Below, one piece after another: positions 16,282 through 25,612 of a stretch of 32,000 nt of DNA (positions within the stretch are counted from its first letter, which is position 1; every line of letters begins with the position of its first letter). Source of the DNA: Verrucomicrobiota bacterium (GTDB taxonomy: Bacteria; Verrucomicrobiota; Verrucomicrobiia; Chthoniobacterales; UBA6821); assembly GCA_008932965.1 (NCBI GenBank), contig WBXG01000004.1, positions 1 through 32,000 of the forward strand, read 5' to 3'. A program made the position numbers and the translations under genes. The notes beneath the pieces are model-generated. The model ran no database searches. It worked only from the letters and a program-made list of their open reading frames with translations, and had not been told where the DNA came from.

Positions 16282-17019
16282 TTATTTGTTGTTGCTTACT
16301 AGCGTTCCGATCTGTTCTCCACAAACGACACGCATGATGTTGTTGGGTTCTGACATGTTAAATACGACGATAGGCATGGAATTATCCATGCAGAGACTAA
16401 AGGCAGTAGAATCCATAATATTTAACCGGCTCTTGAGAGCATCGATGAAGGTAATATGGTCAAATTTTTTGGCATCAGGATTTTTTAAAGGATCGGAATC
16501 ATAGATGCCATCTACCTTTGTTGCTTTGAGAATAATCTCAGCTCCTATTTCATTGGCACGCAGAGCAGCCGTTGTGTCGGTTGAAAAGAAAGGGTTTCCT
16601 GTTCCTGCCACAAAGATAACGATATGACCATTATCAAGGTGACGCATGGCTCGGCGTAAAATAAAGGGTTCTGCAACATGGTTGATATGCAATGCAGTTT
16701 GCACGCGTGTAGAAAATCCGAGTTCTTCTAGAGCGCTCATGAGAGCCATACCATTGATCACTGTAGCCAGCATTCCCATATAATCAGCCGTCGCCCGGTT
16801 CATCCCACGATGACTTGCGGCAAGCCCGCGCCAGATATTTCCGCCTCCTACAACAACGGCAATTTGAACACCCATGTTGCGAATGAGTCCAATTTCCTGC
16901 GCCATGCGCTGTACAATTGGAGGTGAAATGGTATCGTGGCTGCCAGGTTCACGAAGCGCCTCACCACTGATTTTAAGGACAATGCGACGGTACTTGGGTG
17001 ATGGATCTGGTGAACTCAT
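16282..17019 (-). CDS. pyrH: UMP kinase
   Basis: YRRIVLKISGEAL..VVVGGGNIWRG..ADYMGMLATVINGMAL..GTGNPFFSTDTTAALRA.. is canonical PyrH. I prefer the ATG at 17019 (245 aa); the tracked 290-aa N-terminal extension is not PyrH-like. Confidence 0.95.
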   Translation of the reverse strand: MSSPDPSPKYRRIVLKISGEALREPGSHDTISPPIVQRMAQEIGLIRNMGVQIAVVVGGGNIWRGLAASHRGMNRATADYMGMLATVINGMALMSALEELGFSTRVQTALHINHVAEPFILRRAMRHLDNGHIVIFVAGTGNPFFSTDTTAALRANEIGAEIILKATKVDGIYDSDPLKNPDAKKFDHITFIDALKSRLNIMDSTAFSLCMDNSMPIVVFNMSEPNNIMRVVCGEQIGTLVSNNK

Positions 17020-17139
17020 GAATAGCTGCGATGCTAGCAAGAGATCAGAAAAAGACAAGAATCTCAAATAAGGGAGTAGTTTTCTTTGTTTTGTTACCTT
17101 TTCAAAAGCAAATTTACATTTGGGAACCTGTGCGCAATC

Positions 17140-18963
17140 ATGTCTGCTTTTCAAGAAACACCCCGAGTGAAATTCCTTTTTTATTTTTTTTTCTATCCTC
17201 TACAACGAAAGCTACGCGATCATTTTAAAAATCGTTCCTATCGTCGCTGGATCGCTTCTTATGGGCCTCGCGAGGATGCAAGGAAACAAGAACTCCTCGG
17301 CACTTTAGCGACCCTTGATCCGGCATCAATACCGACGGTTTCTCTTCTTCTTCCCGTTTGTAATCCTCCACTCCGTTTTTTAAAGGAAGCAATCCATTCT
17401 GTGAAGCAGCAGGGATGGCCTTATTGGGAGCTTTGTATTGTTGATGATGGCTCGAGCGACCGCTCTCTTATTGAGTATCTCACGGAACTTTCGACACAAG
17501 ATCCCCGTGTGAAGCTCTCATTGCATAAGGAGCAAGAAGGAATCGCTTCCACGACTAATGATGCTCTTGCCCTAGCTTCAGGTGCATTTGTGGCTTTTTT
17601 AGATCATGACGATCTCCTTGCTCCCACGGCTCTTGCCGAGGTTGTGATGGCACTTATTAAACAGCCTGACGCCAGCTTTCTCTACACGGATGAGGATAAA
17701 ATTGATACTCGGGGACGTCGCTGCGATCCATTTTTTAAACCCGATTGGAATCCCGATCTCTTAACAAGCCTGAACTACTGTTGCCACTTAAGTGTGCTAC
17801 GTCGTTCTTTAGTCATCGAGTTAGGAGGCCTCGATAGTCGTGTTGAAGGAGCCCAAGATTGGGATCTTTTACTTCGAGCCACAGAACAACTTGCACCTCC
17901 ACAAATCGTTCATATTTCAAAAGTCCTCTATCATTGGCGTATCTCGTCTCGCTCCACAGCTCGTTCGATCAAAGCCAAGCCACACGTTACTGCTGCAAGC
18001 AGGCGTGTGTTAGAAAATCACTTAAGGCGCCAAGAAAGAGCGTTTCTTGAGATGAAGCATGTGCACCTCGGTGGTCATTGGCAGGTGAAGTACGCCTTAC
18101 CCTCTCCTCCTCCCCTTGTCTCAATTATTATTCCTAATCGTGATCAAATAAAACTTTTGCAATCGTGTTTAGAGAGTATTGAAGCAAAAACCGACTACCC
18201 TTGTTATGAAATTCTCATTGCTGATAACGACTCTCAAGATGGAGCTCTTTTAGCCTACTACCGCAAGCAAGAGGCCAAGAAGAATATTCGTATTATCAAA
18301 ACACCTGGGCCTTTCAATTATTCTTCCATCAATAATCGTGCTGTCCGAGAAGCACGTGGCGATATTTTATTACTCCTCAACAATGATATTGAAGTAACGC
18401 ATTCCTCATGGCTTCACGAAATGGTCTCCCATGCAATCAGACCTGAAATCGGAGCTGTGGGGGCCCTGTTACTCTATCCTGATGGTCGTATTCAACATGC
18501 AGGGGTTGTCCTAGGTATTGCAGGACCGATGAAAGTAAATGGGGTAGCAGGACATGTGGGAAAATATTTTAAAGGAGATGAAGCTATCGGCGGAAATCGA
18601 ATGAAGGTTGTTCAAAATTTTTCGGCTGTCACAGGGGCCTGCCTTGCGGTGCGTAAAAAATTGTATGAAGAGGTTGGAGGAATGGACGAGAGGGATCTTC
18701 CTGTCGCTTTTAACGATGTCGATTTTTGTTTAAAGCTTCATATGGCTGGCTATTTCAATGTTTGGACTCCCTTTGCAAGACTCCTCCATCATGAATCCCA
18801 AAGTCGCAAGAGTGATACTACTCCGGCCAAGAAAAAACGATTTCGTTCAGAAATAGAGACGATGCGTACTCGCTGGGGGTGGCTCTTAGATCACGATCCT
18901 GCCTACAATCCGAACCTAACGCTCGAGCATGAGAATTGGGGATTGGCCTGGCCACCACGGTGA
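17140..18963 (+). CDS. Glycosyltransferase with two tandem GT2 domains (rhamnosyl/galactosyl-transferase-like)
   Basis: Two GT-A modules: VSLLLPVCNPP..ELCIVDDGSSD..FLDHDD and VSIIIPNRDQ..EILIADNDSQD..LLLNNDIEV. Start taken at ATG 17140. Divergent from pyrH. Confidence 0.8.
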   Translation: MSAFQETPRVKFLFYFFFYPLQRKLRDHFKNRSYRRWIASYGPREDARKQELLGTLATLDPASIPTVSLLLPVCNPPLRFLKEAIHSVKQQGWPYWELCIVDDGSSDRSLIEYLTELSTQDPRVKLSLHKEQEGIASTTNDALALASGAFVAFLDHDDLLAPTALAEVVMALIKQPDASFLYTDEDKIDTRGRRCDPFFKPDWNPDLLTSLNYCCHLSVLRRSLVIELGGLDSRVEGAQDWDLLLRATEQLAPPQIVHISKVLYHWRISSRSTARSIKAKPHVTAASRRVLENHLRRQERAFLEMKHVHLGGHWQVKYALPSPPPLVSIIIPNRDQIKLLQSCLESIEAKTDYPCYEILIADNDSQDGALLAYYRKQEAKKNIRIIKTPGPFNYSSINNRAVREARGDILLLLNNDIEVTHSSWLHEMVSHAIRPEIGAVGALLLYPDGRIQHAGVVLGIAGPMKVNGVAGHVGKYFKGDEAIGGNRMKVVQNFSAVTGACLAVRKKLYEEVGGMDERDLPVAFNDVDFCLKLHMAGYFNVWTPFARLLHHESQSRKSDTTPAKKKRFRSEIETMRTRWGWLLDHDPAYNPNLTLEHENWGLAWPPR

Positions 18964-18973
18964 ATTCACTCAT

Positions 18974-19738
18974 TCACTTTGTTTCAGGAACCAATGGCTG
19001 GAGTGCCGAGGTAGCAATCCAGCCTTTCTGGCCAGATTCCATCTTGACGTAGGACCAGACTCCATGACGTGATTGCAAGAGAAGGAGGGAGCCTGTGGGA
19101 ATGGAAGCAAGAATCGGTCCATTTTCGACTGGATTGGAACGAAGCGGTGTTGTTGCTGGCCTCTCCTCACGATGCTCTGGACTTGTTTTGAAATCGTATT
19201 TGGGAAGCACTATCACGATCTTGGCAGCCCTTGTTCGAGGATCGAGTGTTGTTCCTAAGAAAGCCAGAGCACTTCCTAATAAAAAAATGAAGGAGAGAGA
19301 AAGCAAGAGAAAATAGGACCTCTTCTTAGAGGATTCTTGTGCTCCAAGATAGCGTGTAAAAAAAATCCAGACTACTAGGAAAGAAGCACTCCATGCGAGG
19401 AGGGAGCCGATGATCACAAGAAAATCGGGAGAGCAGAGGGACACGAGTTTTGTTCTCCAGGTTGCTTGAATTGGAATTCCCATTTTTCCAAGTAGTTCAT
19501 TTAATTTTTCTCTAGCCTGAGAAAAATGAGGGTTGAGGACGAGTGCACGGCGTAAGGCTAAGGAGGCATCAGCAAGATCTCCTCGTGCTTCTGCTTCTAA
19601 ACCATCGTTGTAGAAGTGCTCTGGAGAATTGATGATCTGTGGTCCCGATGTGGAGGGAGGGTTCGATGCATCAGCAGCACGGAGTGGAGTGATTCCGTAG
19701 CCAAATAAAGCTATTAAAAAAAAGAGAGACCATTTCAT
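18974..19738 (-). CDS. batE: BatE-like protein (signal peptide, TPR, TM segments, C-terminal SH3b-like domain)
   Basis: TPR-like YNDGLEAEARGDLADASLALRRALVLNPHF. C-terminal ..LLLLQSRHGVWSYVKMESGQKGWIATSAL is typical of bacterial SH3 domains. Last gene of the bat operon, with a 4-nt overlap with batD. Confidence 0.65.
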   Translation of the reverse strand: MKWSLFFLIALFGYGITPLRAADASNPPSTSGPQIINSPEHFYNDGLEAEARGDLADASLALRRALVLNPHFSQAREKLNELLGKMGIPIQATWRTKLVSLCSPDFLVIIGSLLAWSASFLVVWIFFTRYLGAQESSKKRSYFLLLSLSFIFLLGSALAFLGTTLDPRTRAAKIVIVLPKYDFKTSPEHREERPATTPLRSNPVENGPILASIPTGSLLLLQSRHGVWSYVKMESGQKGWIATSALQPLVPETK

Positions 19739-21549
19739 GAGTGATGACCATGTTGAAAAACATTCAAGATCTGTACTATTTTCTGCCGCTCTTGAGGACG
19801 CAGTACAGTTTCACGTGCCCCATAATTCATTTCATCACGACGCTTAAAGATTTCCTCTAACTCAGAAAATCGAGAGGGATCTTTTTTTAATAATTCCTCC
19901 GCATAGAGGACTGCTGTTTTATAAAAGAGATCGGGAGCAAGCTGATGGTCTTGAAGTTCAGACCACATTTTTTTGAGGTGTTGTTGTAGCACTAATGATT
20001 CTCTTTTTTGATACCTCTGAAAGCCGAGATAAGCGCTCCATACAAGCAGGGCCAAGAAAAGAGCTCCTGTGGCTAGGAGGTATTCTTTACGCTGCAGAAG
20101 AGGCTGCCATGATCGTGGCGAGTAATCCTTCACCATTAAAGTCTGTGGTGCAGGAGGGATAACTGGTGGTGATGAAACTGGGGCAACAGCATTCATTGCC
20201 GATGAAGGAGTAGCTGCAGCAACTGCAGATGGAATGACTTTGAGTGGTTGTGGCTTTGTGCTCAGCGTTACATATTTTCCACTAGTGGGATTAAAATAGG
20301 AAAATAGCGAACCGGGAGTCGATGTTTTTGGCTCCTGAGCAATCATTGATATTTCAAAGGTTTTGACTCCATGGAGGGAGCCTGGATCGGGAGCATCAAC
20401 TCGATCTGTCGGAGGATATATTTTCCAACCATTGGTATCAGTGAGCTCTGGCATGCTAATAGCTTTTACATTTCCATCTCCGTCGATGGTGATAGCCAGG
20501 GTTACTGGATCTCCGAGAGTATATTTTTTAGGTAATGCCATGGCATCGATATGGAATTCTCCTATAGCTCCCGAAAAATGATCAGGACGACCTTCACTTG
20601 GAAGCGATATTGCCTCCAAGGAAATTGTATTCGATTTTAATGTTAAGGAGTGCTGTTGCATCATTCCAGCATGCCCCATTAATTGAGCCACAATATCGGG
20701 AACGTCAGCAGGAGTTGATGCAGGAAGATCAATAGCAAGATCGAGCTTTGCAGGACCTACATTGATAGGACCTGGCTTTACAGCAGAAATGAATGTATGG
20801 AAAGTAGCAACATTGTAGAGAATTCCGTTCCGTTCTTCGGTGCTAGAGAGGGGGTCACTGAGGCGTTCTACTAAAAGGCCTTCATTACTAAAATCGATAC
20901 CATGACGTGGAGAAGCATTGTAATGGGCATCGACATAAAAGCGAATTTCCGCTGGAACTACCTCTCCGACATAGAGCCTCTTTTTGGGAACAATAAGTTC
21001 ACTAAAGGCAATTTGGTTATTGGATGAGGGCTTTGTGTTAGGTGTTGTCCGAACAGGAGGAAGAGTCGCGGCAGCACCCGGTGATAAGGGGGTTTGAATG
21101 CTGTTGTTCGAGGTAGTTGAAGATCCCTCAATGGTGAGCTGCTGAGGTGATGTCCGAAAATATTTTCCATCGGCACGTACTTGAATCGATGGAATCGTAA
21201 ATGTTCCAGAGCGAAGCGGTATAATAATGTACGAGTAAAGTGAAGAAGAGCTCACTGCAAAGTTGACTATTTGCACTTGCTTGGATTGACCTGCAAGGTT
21301 GATTTGAAGACCATCTACAGCGATTTTATGGGGGACATCTGCCTCTTGAGCCCCTGTGACTTTTAGGTCCATCTGAACCATCTCACCAGCAGCAGCACGA
21401 TGACGGGATAATTCTGCTGAAACTTGAACCTCCGAAGCAGCGAAGAGAGAACTGATAAAGAACAAGAGGAATCCAAGAAAAAGGGGAAGGAAGGGCTGAC
21501 GCAGCCTAGTAAAGAGCAATGAGTAACGGGTCATGGGTAAAAGGCACAT
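19735..21549 (-). CDS. batD: BatD-like oxygen-tolerance protein
   Basis: 604 aa: signal peptide, a large beta-rich ectodomain, one C-terminal TM segment and a cytoplasmic tail. Its position after batB/C fits the BatD family. Confidence 0.7.
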   Translation of the reverse strand: MCLLPMTRYSLLFTRLRQPFLPLFLGFLLFFISSLFAASEVQVSAELSRHRAAAGEMVQMDLKVTGAQEADVPHKIAVDGLQINLAGQSKQVQIVNFAVSSSSLYSYIIIPLRSGTFTIPSIQVRADGKYFRTSPQQLTIEGSSTTSNNSIQTPLSPGAAATLPPVRTTPNTKPSSNNQIAFSELIVPKKRLYVGEVVPAEIRFYVDAHYNASPRHGIDFSNEGLLVERLSDPLSSTEERNGILYNVATFHTFISAVKPGPINVGPAKLDLAIDLPASTPADVPDIVAQLMGHAGMMQQHSLTLKSNTISLEAISLPSEGRPDHFSGAIGEFHIDAMALPKKYTLGDPVTLAITIDGDGNVKAISMPELTDTNGWKIYPPTDRVDAPDPGSLHGVKTFEISMIAQEPKTSTPGSLFSYFNPTSGKYVTLSTKPQPLKVIPSAVAAATPSSAMNAVAPVSSPPVIPPAPQTLMVKDYSPRSWQPLLQRKEYLLATGALFLALLVWSAYLGFQRYQKRESLVLQQHLKKMWSELQDHQLAPDLFYKTAVLYAEELLKKDPSRFSELEEIFKRRDEMNYGARETVLRPQERQKIVQILNVFQHGHHS

Positions 21550-21618
21550 CGTTCGAATACTATTTTTTATAAATGGAAATGTTATGATTATTATACTTTA
21601 AAAGAATTCACAAACTTT

Positions 21619-21667
21619 ACTCATCACTCATCACTCATTACTCATTACTCATTACTCATTACTCATC
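21619..21667. repeat. Heptanucleotide microsatellite (ACTCATC/ACTCATT) x7
   Basis: Read directly: actcatc actcatc actcatt actcatt actcatt actcatt actcatc. It lies in the 161-nt batB-batD spacer, 44 nt after the batB stop and 70 nt before the batD start. Confidence 0.95.
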
Positions 21668-21710
21668 ACAGATTAGGTAAATATGCTTTGTAATTTCCAC
21701 TCATCCCCTT

Positions 21711-23915
21711 TTACCAATCCTTCATCGTTTCTTCTGTTTCTTTGCGGTGTTGAAATTGCACCTGCTGCTCTTCATCCTTCATCGATTGAAGAACCGCTTC
21801 TGCTTGAGCTCGAGACATCATTCCCCCCTCACCATCTTGCGAAGGGACTGCGGCAGCGGCTTTTTGTTCTCCTCCAGAGAGAGCCCCTTGCTTTTTCTCT
21901 TGAGGTGATGGTGCAGCTTTCTCATTTTCCGAGGCAGCATTATTGAGATTTCCAGAACCTGGACTAGGAGCAGACGGATTCTGATTCTTGTTTTGAGATT
22001 GCTGGTTAGAAGACTGTTGCTGAGGAGGTGTTGGAGATTCTTGTTCACCTGATTGAGGTTGCTGCTCTTGAGCGGGGGGAGGCGATGATTTTTTTTCTTT
22101 TTGCGAATCAGGAGTAGAGGCCTCATTTTTAGCATCACTAGGAGAGGGAGAAGGGGAGGCCTCAGGATTGGAATTCCTATTAGGAGGGACCCCATTGGAA
22201 TTTTTGGGGTCTGGCGAAGGGGACTCTTTTTTTGGATCTTGAGAGGAGGATTGATCTTGATCTCCCTTGTTTGAAGGATCCTGGGAAGAATTACTATTCT
22301 GCTGAGCATCTGATTTTTGTTGGTCTTGATTTTTTTGCTGCTGGTTTTGAGCATTGTTCCCTTGCCCATTGTTGCTTGGATTTTGCTGTTGATTTTGATT
22401 GTTTTGGGGGTTCTGTTGTTGATTTTGATCCTTCTGAGGATTTTTTTTCTTTTCTTCTTCTTGTTTGTTAAAATCATCAATCATCTTTTTAACAATCGCT
22501 TGATTTTCTTGAGCCTGTTTGTTTTTAGGGTCTGCTTTGAGCACAGTGTCATAGTGTTCGAGTGCGCTCTTCCAATCTGAAAGTTTTTGAGCTCCGTCAC
22601 TGATCCCTTCCCCCTCTCTCACAAGGGAGTTTGCTAGGTTGTAGGTAGCAGCTTGTTGAATTTTTGAAGAAGAGGAGGTCATTGCTCCTGTAAAATAATC
22701 GATCGCTTTTTTATAATTCCCTTCTTTGTAGGCAGCAGCACCGGCATCAAAACGGGCCTCATCCGAGGCGTTACCATGCTTGAGTTGCTGCTCAAAAGTG
22801 GTGAGTGCTGCTCCGTAGTTACCTTGGTTATAGTCATTTAATCCAGGTGTTGTTTTTCCTAATGCAGGAAATAAAAATAAAACTAGAATCGCAACACCAC
22901 GTGGAAGGCGCCGTCTCTCATCAAGAAGCCACCAGAGCGTGAGCAGAGCAATGGCCATGCTCAAAGGCCACTCATAACGTTCAATCGGACGCCGGGTGAT
23001 CTGTACTTTTCCATTAATTCCTGAGAGAGGAAGAATTCCTTTTTGAACAATGCTTCGTGCTGCATCACTTCCGAAGGGCTCATAAAACCCACCTGTTAGG
23101 GAGGCAATCTCTTGTAACCGCTTCACATCAAGTTTTGAAAGGACCGGTTTTCCATGTTCGTCACGGACAAAATCATTCTGATAATGCTCGTTAGAAATGG
23201 GAATTAAAGAACCGTCAGGAGAGCCGATCCCAATAGTAAAAATTTTAATACCTGCTTCTTTTGCTTCTTGTGCAGCTTCCATCGAATCTCCCGCAAGATC
23301 CTCTCCGTCGGTCATCAGGATGAGGGCACGTTCTGAACCCTCCCCTTTCCCAAGCGCAGTGATGGTAAGACGAATCGTTTCAGAAATATTAGTACCCCCT
23401 TTAGGAATAATATTCGTATCTAATTCATTGAGGGCATCACGAACGGCACCATGATCGAGTGTCATGGGAGCCTGTAAAAAAGGCTTTCCAGCAAAGGCAA
23501 TGAGTCCGATACGATCCCCAGGAAGCAACTCTAGGACATCTTGTGCAAGAAGCTTTGCCCGAGCAAGTCGAGTAGGAGCGACATCGGTAGCTAACATGCT
23601 CCGTGATGTATCAATGGCGAGCATAATATCCCGACCGTGGCTCGGCGTAGCATGTTCCTCATAACCGAGACGCGGTTTTGCAAGTGCAATCAGTAAGAAG
23701 CCTATGGCAAGGAGAAGTAGTAGAGACCGTACTACTCGTTTAGTCATGCTCACACGACCTACAAGGGAGGAGCGTAACCTCACTGCGACTATTTTGGAAA
23801 TAAGCTCTCCTCTCTTTCTCTGTGCATAGAAAAACAGCATCGCTAAGGGCACTAAAAAAAGAAGAGACCACAACCACAAAGGATATTGAAAATGGAGCGT
23901 AGAATCAGATGGCAT
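21711..23915 (-). CDS. batB: BatB/BatC fusion-type protein: TM + VWA domain + TM + TPR + long Q/N/P/S-rich tail
   Basis: N-terminal FQYPLWLWSLLFLVPL. VWA MIDAS motif AIDTSRSM..LMTDGED. TPR-like segments (GNYGAALTTFEQ.., EGNYKKAIDYF..). About 200 aa of low-complexity sequence precede the conserved ..MKDW end. Confidence 0.85.
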   Translation of the reverse strand: MPSDSTLHFQYPLWLWSLLFLVPLAMLFFYAQRKRGELISKIVAVRLRSSLVGRVSMTKRVVRSLLLLLAIGFLLIALAKPRLGYEEHATPSHGRDIMLAIDTSRSMLATDVAPTRLARAKLLAQDVLELLPGDRIGLIAFAGKPFLQAPMTLDHGAVRDALNELDTNIIPKGGTNISETIRLTITALGKGEGSERALILMTDGEDLAGDSMEAAQEAKEAGIKIFTIGIGSPDGSLIPISNEHYQNDFVRDEHGKPVLSKLDVKRLQEIASLTGGFYEPFGSDAARSIVQKGILPLSGINGKVQITRRPIERYEWPLSMAIALLTLWWLLDERRRLPRGVAILVLFLFPALGKTTPGLNDYNQGNYGAALTTFEQQLKHGNASDEARFDAGAAAYKEGNYKKAIDYFTGAMTSSSSKIQQAATYNLANSLVREGEGISDGAQKLSDWKSALEHYDTVLKADPKNKQAQENQAIVKKMIDDFNKQEEEKKKNPQKDQNQQQNPQNNQNQQQNPSNNGQGNNAQNQQQKNQDQQKSDAQQNSNSSQDPSNKGDQDQSSSQDPKKESPSPDPKNSNGVPPNRNSNPEASPSPSPSDAKNEASTPDSQKEKKSSPPPAQEQQPQSGEQESPTPPQQQSSNQQSQNKNQNPSAPSPGSGNLNNAASENEKAAPSPQEKKQGALSGGEQKAAAAVPSQDGEGGMMSRAQAEAVLQSMKDEEQQVQFQHRKETEETMKDW

Positions 23916-23927
23916 CGTGTTTAGAAA

Positions 23928-24968
23928 TTAGGGGATTTTTCTCCAGAGTGTTTGGGAGAGTAACGTTTCGATCACGAGTAAGAGGGAACCTAAAGCAATC
24001 AACCACAAGAAAAAATCCCGATGATTCACATTTTTTTCAATTTCGATTTTGGTTTTTTCTAACCGATCAATTTCTTGGAAGGTTTTGTCTAACGAGGCAG
24101 AATCAGCAGCTCGGAAGTATTTTCCATCTCCAATTTTTGCAATCTCTGCCAATAGTTTTTCATCAAAATCAAAAATGACCGTTTGATAGAATGTCCTTCC
24201 AAAACGATCCTGAACGGGAACAGAAACTGGTCCTGAACTGCCAGCTCCAATAGTATAGATGCGAATACCAACGGCTTTGGCTGCCTCTGCTGCAGTCAAG
24301 GGCATGATTTTTCCAGCATTGTTGGCTCCATCGGTAAGGAGGAGAATGAGCTTGGTTTTAGCATTTCTATTTTTGAGGCGTGCAGCAGCAGATGCCAATG
24401 CCGAGCCGATAGCAGTTCCATCCTCCACGAGGCCGAGCTGAACACGATCCAGGTTATCAATGAGCCATTCGTGATCCAGCGTGATTGGACTCACGAGATA
24501 GGGACGTCCTGCAAAGGCAATGATTCCAATACGATCATTGGGTCGTGCTTCAATAAATTGTTCTGTCACCCGTTTTACTGCTTCAAGACGGCTCGCACGC
24601 TGATTTCCAATAGTATAATCCTCGGTGGACATCGAGCCAGAAACATCCAATACCAGCATAATGTCAATCCCACTTGCTTTGACATGTTGAGTAGTTTGAC
24701 CTAATTGAGGACGTGCTAGAGCCACAATAAAAAGCCCCATAGCAAGATAAAAAAAAGTGGCAAGAAAACCTCCAGCACGGGCTCGCCGCTCCTTACCTAA
24801 ATTTAGGAGCGGTTGTATTGAGGAAAAGAGCACCCCTGGAGTTCCTCCAAAACGGCCTTTCAGCCATGCAAAAAGCGGTAGCACCAGTAATCCGAATAGA
24901 ACCCATGGATGAGCAAAGGAGAATTCACCCCAGTGAGTATTAAAAAAGTGGTGCAGAAAAGAGGTCAT
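23928..24968 (-). CDS. batA: BatA-like VWA domain membrane protein
   Basis: FAHPWVLFGLLVLPL N-terminus, VWA MIDAS motif VLDVSGSM..LLTDGANN, and a C-terminal TM segment. Confidence 0.85.
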   Translation of the reverse strand: MTSFLHHFFNTHWGEFSFAHPWVLFGLLVLPLFAWLKGRFGGTPGVLFSSIQPLLNLGKERRARAGGFLATFFYLAMGLFIVALARPQLGQTTQHVKASGIDIMLVLDVSGSMSTEDYTIGNQRASRLEAVKRVTEQFIEARPNDRIGIIAFAGRPYLVSPITLDHEWLIDNLDRVQLGLVEDGTAIGSALASAAARLKNRNAKTKLILLLTDGANNAGKIMPLTAAEAAKAVGIRIYTIGAGSSGPVSVPVQDRFGRTFYQTVIFDFDEKLLAEIAKIGDGKYFRAADSASLDKTFQEIDRLEKTKIEIEKNVNHRDFFLWLIALGSLLLVIETLLSQTLWRKIP

Positions 24969-25612
24969 GATACGACCTCCTCTTCGGTTTTTGGAGCCTG
25001 TTCTACGATCTCTCCTCGAACAAACTCCTCGGCCGCTTCAATGAGGGAGAGCCGGTCGCTTTCGCTGGCTTCTCCATGAGCGAATTTTAAAAAATCAGAG
25101 CGTACCAAAAACGCCTCTAACGACTCTCTTTCCATAGGAGTAAAGCGATTGTGGTCACGTAGCGACAGGAGGAATTCCTCTGTTGTTTGGCGTGGAGCAG
25201 CTAACCCAAAAGCCGTCCCCAGATAGCCGCGCAGCAGTCCAGAAACAAAGATTCCAAAGCTATCATCACTCCCTTCCATGAGGTTTTCTTTTATTTTAAG
25301 AAGGCTTTGCAAACAGGCCTCACGCGGAGTTAGAGGTGCTTTTTGACGTAATTTTCGAATTCCAAAAAAAAGGAGAAATAGAAACAGAATAAATACAACA
25401 AGGGTAAAAATTACCTGCATCGGAGTGTAGGCAAAAAAAGAAAAAGGGCCGACGATATCATGAAGTGGGGCTGGAGCGACCTGAGGCACTTGCGGAATCG
25501 ATGCTCCCTGGAGCGCCTGCGGCAAGGAAGTGAGTGATGGCATACTTCCTAATGAGGGAGGAGGGATCTGAGAATTTGTAGGAGCGATGACTGCTAGGAG
25601 AGGAATGTTCAT
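24965..25612 (-). CDS. DUF4381-like membrane protein of MoxR/Bat operons
   Basis: Small single-TM protein in the conserved position between DUF58 and batA. 4-nt overlaps at both ends. Confidence 0.55.
   Translation of the reverse strand: MNIPLLAVIAPTNSQIPPPSLGSMPSLTSLPQALQGASIPQVPQVAPAPLHDIVGPFSFFAYTPMQVIFTLVVFILFLFLLFFGIRKLRQKAPLTPREACLQSLLKIKENLMEGSDDSFGIFVSGLLRGYLGTAFGLAAPRQTTEEFLLSLRDHNRFTPMERESLEAFLVRSDFLKFAHGEASESDRLSLIEAAEEFVRGEIVEQAPKTEEEVVS

Noticed and set aside
16277-17154. N-terminal extensions of the tracked frr (202 aa) and pyrH (290 aa) ORFs, and the 17086 start of the GT2 gene
   Set aside because: The extensions have no similarity to the families. Internal ATGs at 16276, 17019 and 17140 give canonical N-termini and lengths.
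21818-22480. 220-aa K/R-rich ORF on the minus strand, plus the ORFs at 22232-22580 (+)
   Set aside because: These are alternative-frame or antisense readings of the low-complexity Q/N-rich part of batB/C. The batB frame is continuous with recognisable VWA and TPR domains and a conserved C-terminus.
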